Origin: a virus | Taxonomy: Duplodnaviria > Caudoviricetes | IMG/VR virus record: IMGVR_UViG_3300030330_001819 | Span: 1-25,697 of that record | Direction: 5' to 3' (one strand) | Length of the DNA: 25,697 nt | Program-made: the position numbers and the translations under genes | The notes under the pieces: model-generated | Seen by the model: only the letters and a program-made list of their open reading frames with translations | Told to the model about the DNA's origin: nothing | The model's database searches: none | In this document: piece by piece, positions 23,492-25,697 of the stretch | Layout of the letters: the number at the start of each line of letters is the position of its first letter | Position numbering within the stretch: position 1 is the stretch's first letter

Positions 23492-24912
23492 CCTTGAAGC
23501 TCATCGTTTGAGTAAGTGACTTTCAGTGAATAGCTCGCGAGCTTATCGTTCACGCTCGTCTTATACAGAAACTGAGTGTCGGAGATGACGACTGGACGCG
23601 CAGCATAGTCAGAGGATGACTTTTGCTCGAGAAGATAGACTTCGTTCGAGCTGAAGAGCGAGAGCATGAACGGATTCCATTCTTCCCCGATCCAGTCTGT
23701 ATTGAGTGTCTCTTCGGTTTTTACCTTCGATCGGTTCGTTCGTCTGCCCCCGTCGTACATCTCGTATCCGAAGTTCTCCGTTCCCCCGTTCGCAGTGTCC
23801 CAGTTTCCGCGTACTCGATGATACCCCTCGCGCTCGATCATCGATGTCTTGACAGACTTCTTCTCGAAGTTGTAGAAGTCCCATCCTCCGAACTCGTTCA
23901 GAAACATGATTCTTCGAGTCTCGTACTTGCAAGCCGTCGTGACGTTGAATCGATATACTGCTCCGCATACTGTCGAAGAGCTCAGAGTCGATGCGTTCGC
24001 AGCTACGATCTCAAAGTATGAGAGATCAGCATCGTCCATCCCTGTGTTGATCGTGCTGCTGTCTGATTGAGTTGTGAGATTCAAAAAGCCCGATCCGAAG
24101 TAGATCAGTCTCTCGTCGTCCGAGTTTGCTGTCGTCGGATCTTCTCCCCCGTTCGCGGTCACGTTCTCGATCGAGTCAGTGAAGATCTGTGTTCCGTCTG
24201 CTTCATATCCTGCGACATGAATGAACTTCGGGCTTTTCGTCTGGGTGCTCGTCGTGGCATCATTCAAGAAGCTCACGCAGTGACTTTGGCCCGACTGTAT
24301 ATCTTGATCGTATCGAAAAGATGTGCTGATGATCGAAGCAGTCTGTGACACTTTCGGGACGACACTGATGAACGTATTTGCTGTTCCGCTCATTTCGAAA
24401 TTTTCGAGAGAGCCGCCGTTGAAGTGATCGATATCTGATGTCGAGAGCTTTCGATTTGACTTGATGAAAGTCAAGTTCTCTCCCGTGATTTGATTCTCAA
24501 AAATCGTCGGATCAGCCGTCGCAGATGTAGCGTACTCAAAGCCGAACTTCAGTTCAATTCGTCTCAGACTGTCGACGTTCTTCCCGAAGGGAGTTCCGGT
24601 TTCCGAAGCCGTCACTCCTAACCTATTGACGCTGTCGATGTACAGTCCTCCGAGCGTCCCGTTCGCATTGACTCGAGTCGCTTCGAGATAGTCATCGACG
24701 ACACGATTGATCTGAAAAACACCACAGTCAGCGGAGTTCGGGAGCGTCTTCAGTCGCGCTCTTTTCGTTCCTCCGATATAGATATCACAGATATACTTGT
24801 ACTTGAAGATACTCCCGCTGCCCGGATTGGTGTCATCCTCGACGACGTATATCACATCCTGACGACTTCCGACGACGTACTTCGACGGCTTTTGTGTGAC
24901 AGTGTATGCCAT
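23488..24912 (-). CDS. Putative distal tail/tail structural protein, 474 aa
   Basis: FLNEFGGWDFYNF and LNTDWI...LFSSNEVYL segments; coupled to the hub gene. Confidence 0.6.
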   Translation of the reverse strand: MAYTVTQKPSKYVVGSRQDVIYVVEDDTNPGSGSIFKYKYICDIYIGGTKRARLKTLPNSADCGVFQINRVVDDYLEATRVNANGTLGGLYIDSVNRLGVTASETGTPFGKNVDSLRRIELKFGFEYATSATADPTIFENQITGENLTFIKSNRKLSTSDIDHFNGGSLENFEMSGTANTFISVVPKVSQTASIISTSFRYDQDIQSGQSHCVSFLNDATTSTQTKSPKFIHVAGYEADGTQIFTDSIENVTANGGEDPTTANSDDERLIYFGSGFLNLTTQSDSSTINTGMDDADLSYFEIVAANASTLSSSTVCGAVYRFNVTTACKYETRRIMFLNEFGGWDFYNFEKKSVKTSMIEREGYHRVRGNWDTANGGTENFGYEMYDGGRRTNRSKVKTEETLNTDWIGEEWNPFMLSLFSSNEVYLLEQKSSSDYAARPVVISDTQFLYKTSVNDKLASYSLKVTYSNDELQG

Positions 24913-25487
24913 TACCCCTCTATGATTAGTCGCACATAGTCAAGAGCATCTTTTGCGACTGCTTGAGCTATCGTGCGAAGATTTTGCTTTTTCATCCGGT
25001 TGTACGGACGATCTATGAAGAGACTCGGCACGAGTCCCCTTCTGTAAATAGAGCGACTTATCGCGCGGATCATTCCTTTTCGGGGCGTGAAGCGTCCGCT
25101 TTCGTCTCGTGTTCCTTGAACATTTTTCTTCACTGCCCAGGCATCAATTTTGCCCGCTGGCACAGATGGGAACTTCGACTTTCCGAATCGATACGGGGAA
25201 TCTCCCCATGCTCCGAGCTGATCGCTTTGTGCATTTGCGCTCTTCGGAGCTTTGTTTTCCTGTGCCCCTTGAACGCCCTTGTTCACGAAGTCAGCATACG
25301 CAGCCATCTCATGCACGAGCTCGACTCCGTAATCTGTCTGAATGACTCGATGTCGAATCGATCTGTTCAGATTTCCGCTCGCGTTCTTTCCCTGTTTTGT
25401 GAGACTGATCCGATAACGTCGAGTCAGTTCAGCCCCGATTCGATCCATCTCAGCGGACGCATGCTGATATTTTAAGGTCGAAGGCAC
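24912..25487 (-). CDS. Putative tail completion/neck protein (HK97 gp10-like)
   Basis: Basic 191-aa protein with ASGNLNRSI, YADFVNKGV and GLVPSLF patterns. Confidence 0.6.
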   Translation of the reverse strand: MPSTLKYQHASAEMDRIGAELTRRYRISLTKQGKNASGNLNRSIRHRVIQTDYGVELVHEMAAYADFVNKGVQGAQENKAPKSANAQSDQLGAWGDSPYRFGKSKFPSVPAGKIDAWAVKKNVQGTRDESGRFTPRKGMIRAISRSIYRRGLVPSLFIDRPYNRMKKQNLRTIAQAVAKDALDYVRLIIEG

Positions 25488-25697
25488 AGATTATTTTTCT
25501 CGTCTTCTACGATTGTCACGATCGCTTCCCATCCTGTCAGCCCATTGTCAAACCGATCTGTGAAACTGTTACAAGTGACAGCAGTGCCATTCACCAGAGA
25601 TCCGAAAGTCGCGTTTGATGTGCTGCTTTGACTGTGACGGAACTCGTTTATCACGTCGCTGATGATGAGCTCTGTATCGCTCCAGACATCATTCCGA
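25472..25697 (-). CDS. 3' part of junction-spanning putative tail terminator/completion protein
   Basis: In frame with the ATG at 327 across the circular junction; stop at 25472. Confidence 0.75.
   Translation of the reverse strand, partial: RNDVWSDTELIISDVINEFRHSQSSTSNATFGSLVNGTAVTCNSFTDRFDNGLTGWEAIVTIVEDEKNNLCLRP
25598..25697. repeat. Terminal direct repeat, right copy (circularisation overlap)
   Basis: Matches 1-100 at 99 of 100 positions. Confidence 0.97.

Noticed and set aside
31-25475. Plus-strand ORFs in the supplied track (e.g. 8532..9161, 21413..21982, 24963..25475)
   Set aside because: They lie antisense to well-supported minus-strand genes and show no recognisable motifs; treated as shadow ORFs.
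1-25697. Stop-codon reassignment, diversity-generating retroelement or intron
   Set aside because: Genes tile densely under the standard code. I saw no reverse transcriptase, template/variable repeat pair or interrupted core gene.

Overview
This window looks like the complete ~25.6-kb circular genome of a small tailed dsDNA phage, probably siphovirus-like. Bases 25598-25697 repeat bases 1-100 with one synonymous difference, and one CDS reads through the junction. All credible protein genes are on the minus strand. A perfect TTTG-N19-TAnnTTTG promoter and A-rich leaders without Shine-Dalgarno sequences point to a Bacteroidota host. In transcription order the modules are: (1) early/replication genes: XRE HTH, SSB-like protein, stand-alone DnaA domain IV, lambda-O-like initiator with an internal iteron origin, DnaC-like ATPase, NinG, sigma-like protein; (2) packaging: TerS and PBSX-type TerL; (3) tail: frameshifting chaperone, terminator/completion-like proteins, tip proteins, tape measure; (4) head: protease-scaffold, major capsid, tail tube, portal with a C-terminal extension, adaptor; (5) lysis: Amidase_2, small membrane proteins, then a metallophosphoesterase. 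I recognised no integrase, DNA polymerase, methyltransferase or tRNA. The most notable signals are a candidate plus-strand sRNA (~20492-20562) complementary to several start-proximal leaders, a structured ~110-nt RNA behind the early promoter, a -1 frameshift chaperone far from its usual position, a 21-bp-phased origin, and a sharp split between abundant and apparently absent palindromes. All family calls come from motif recognition by eye; no database search was run.
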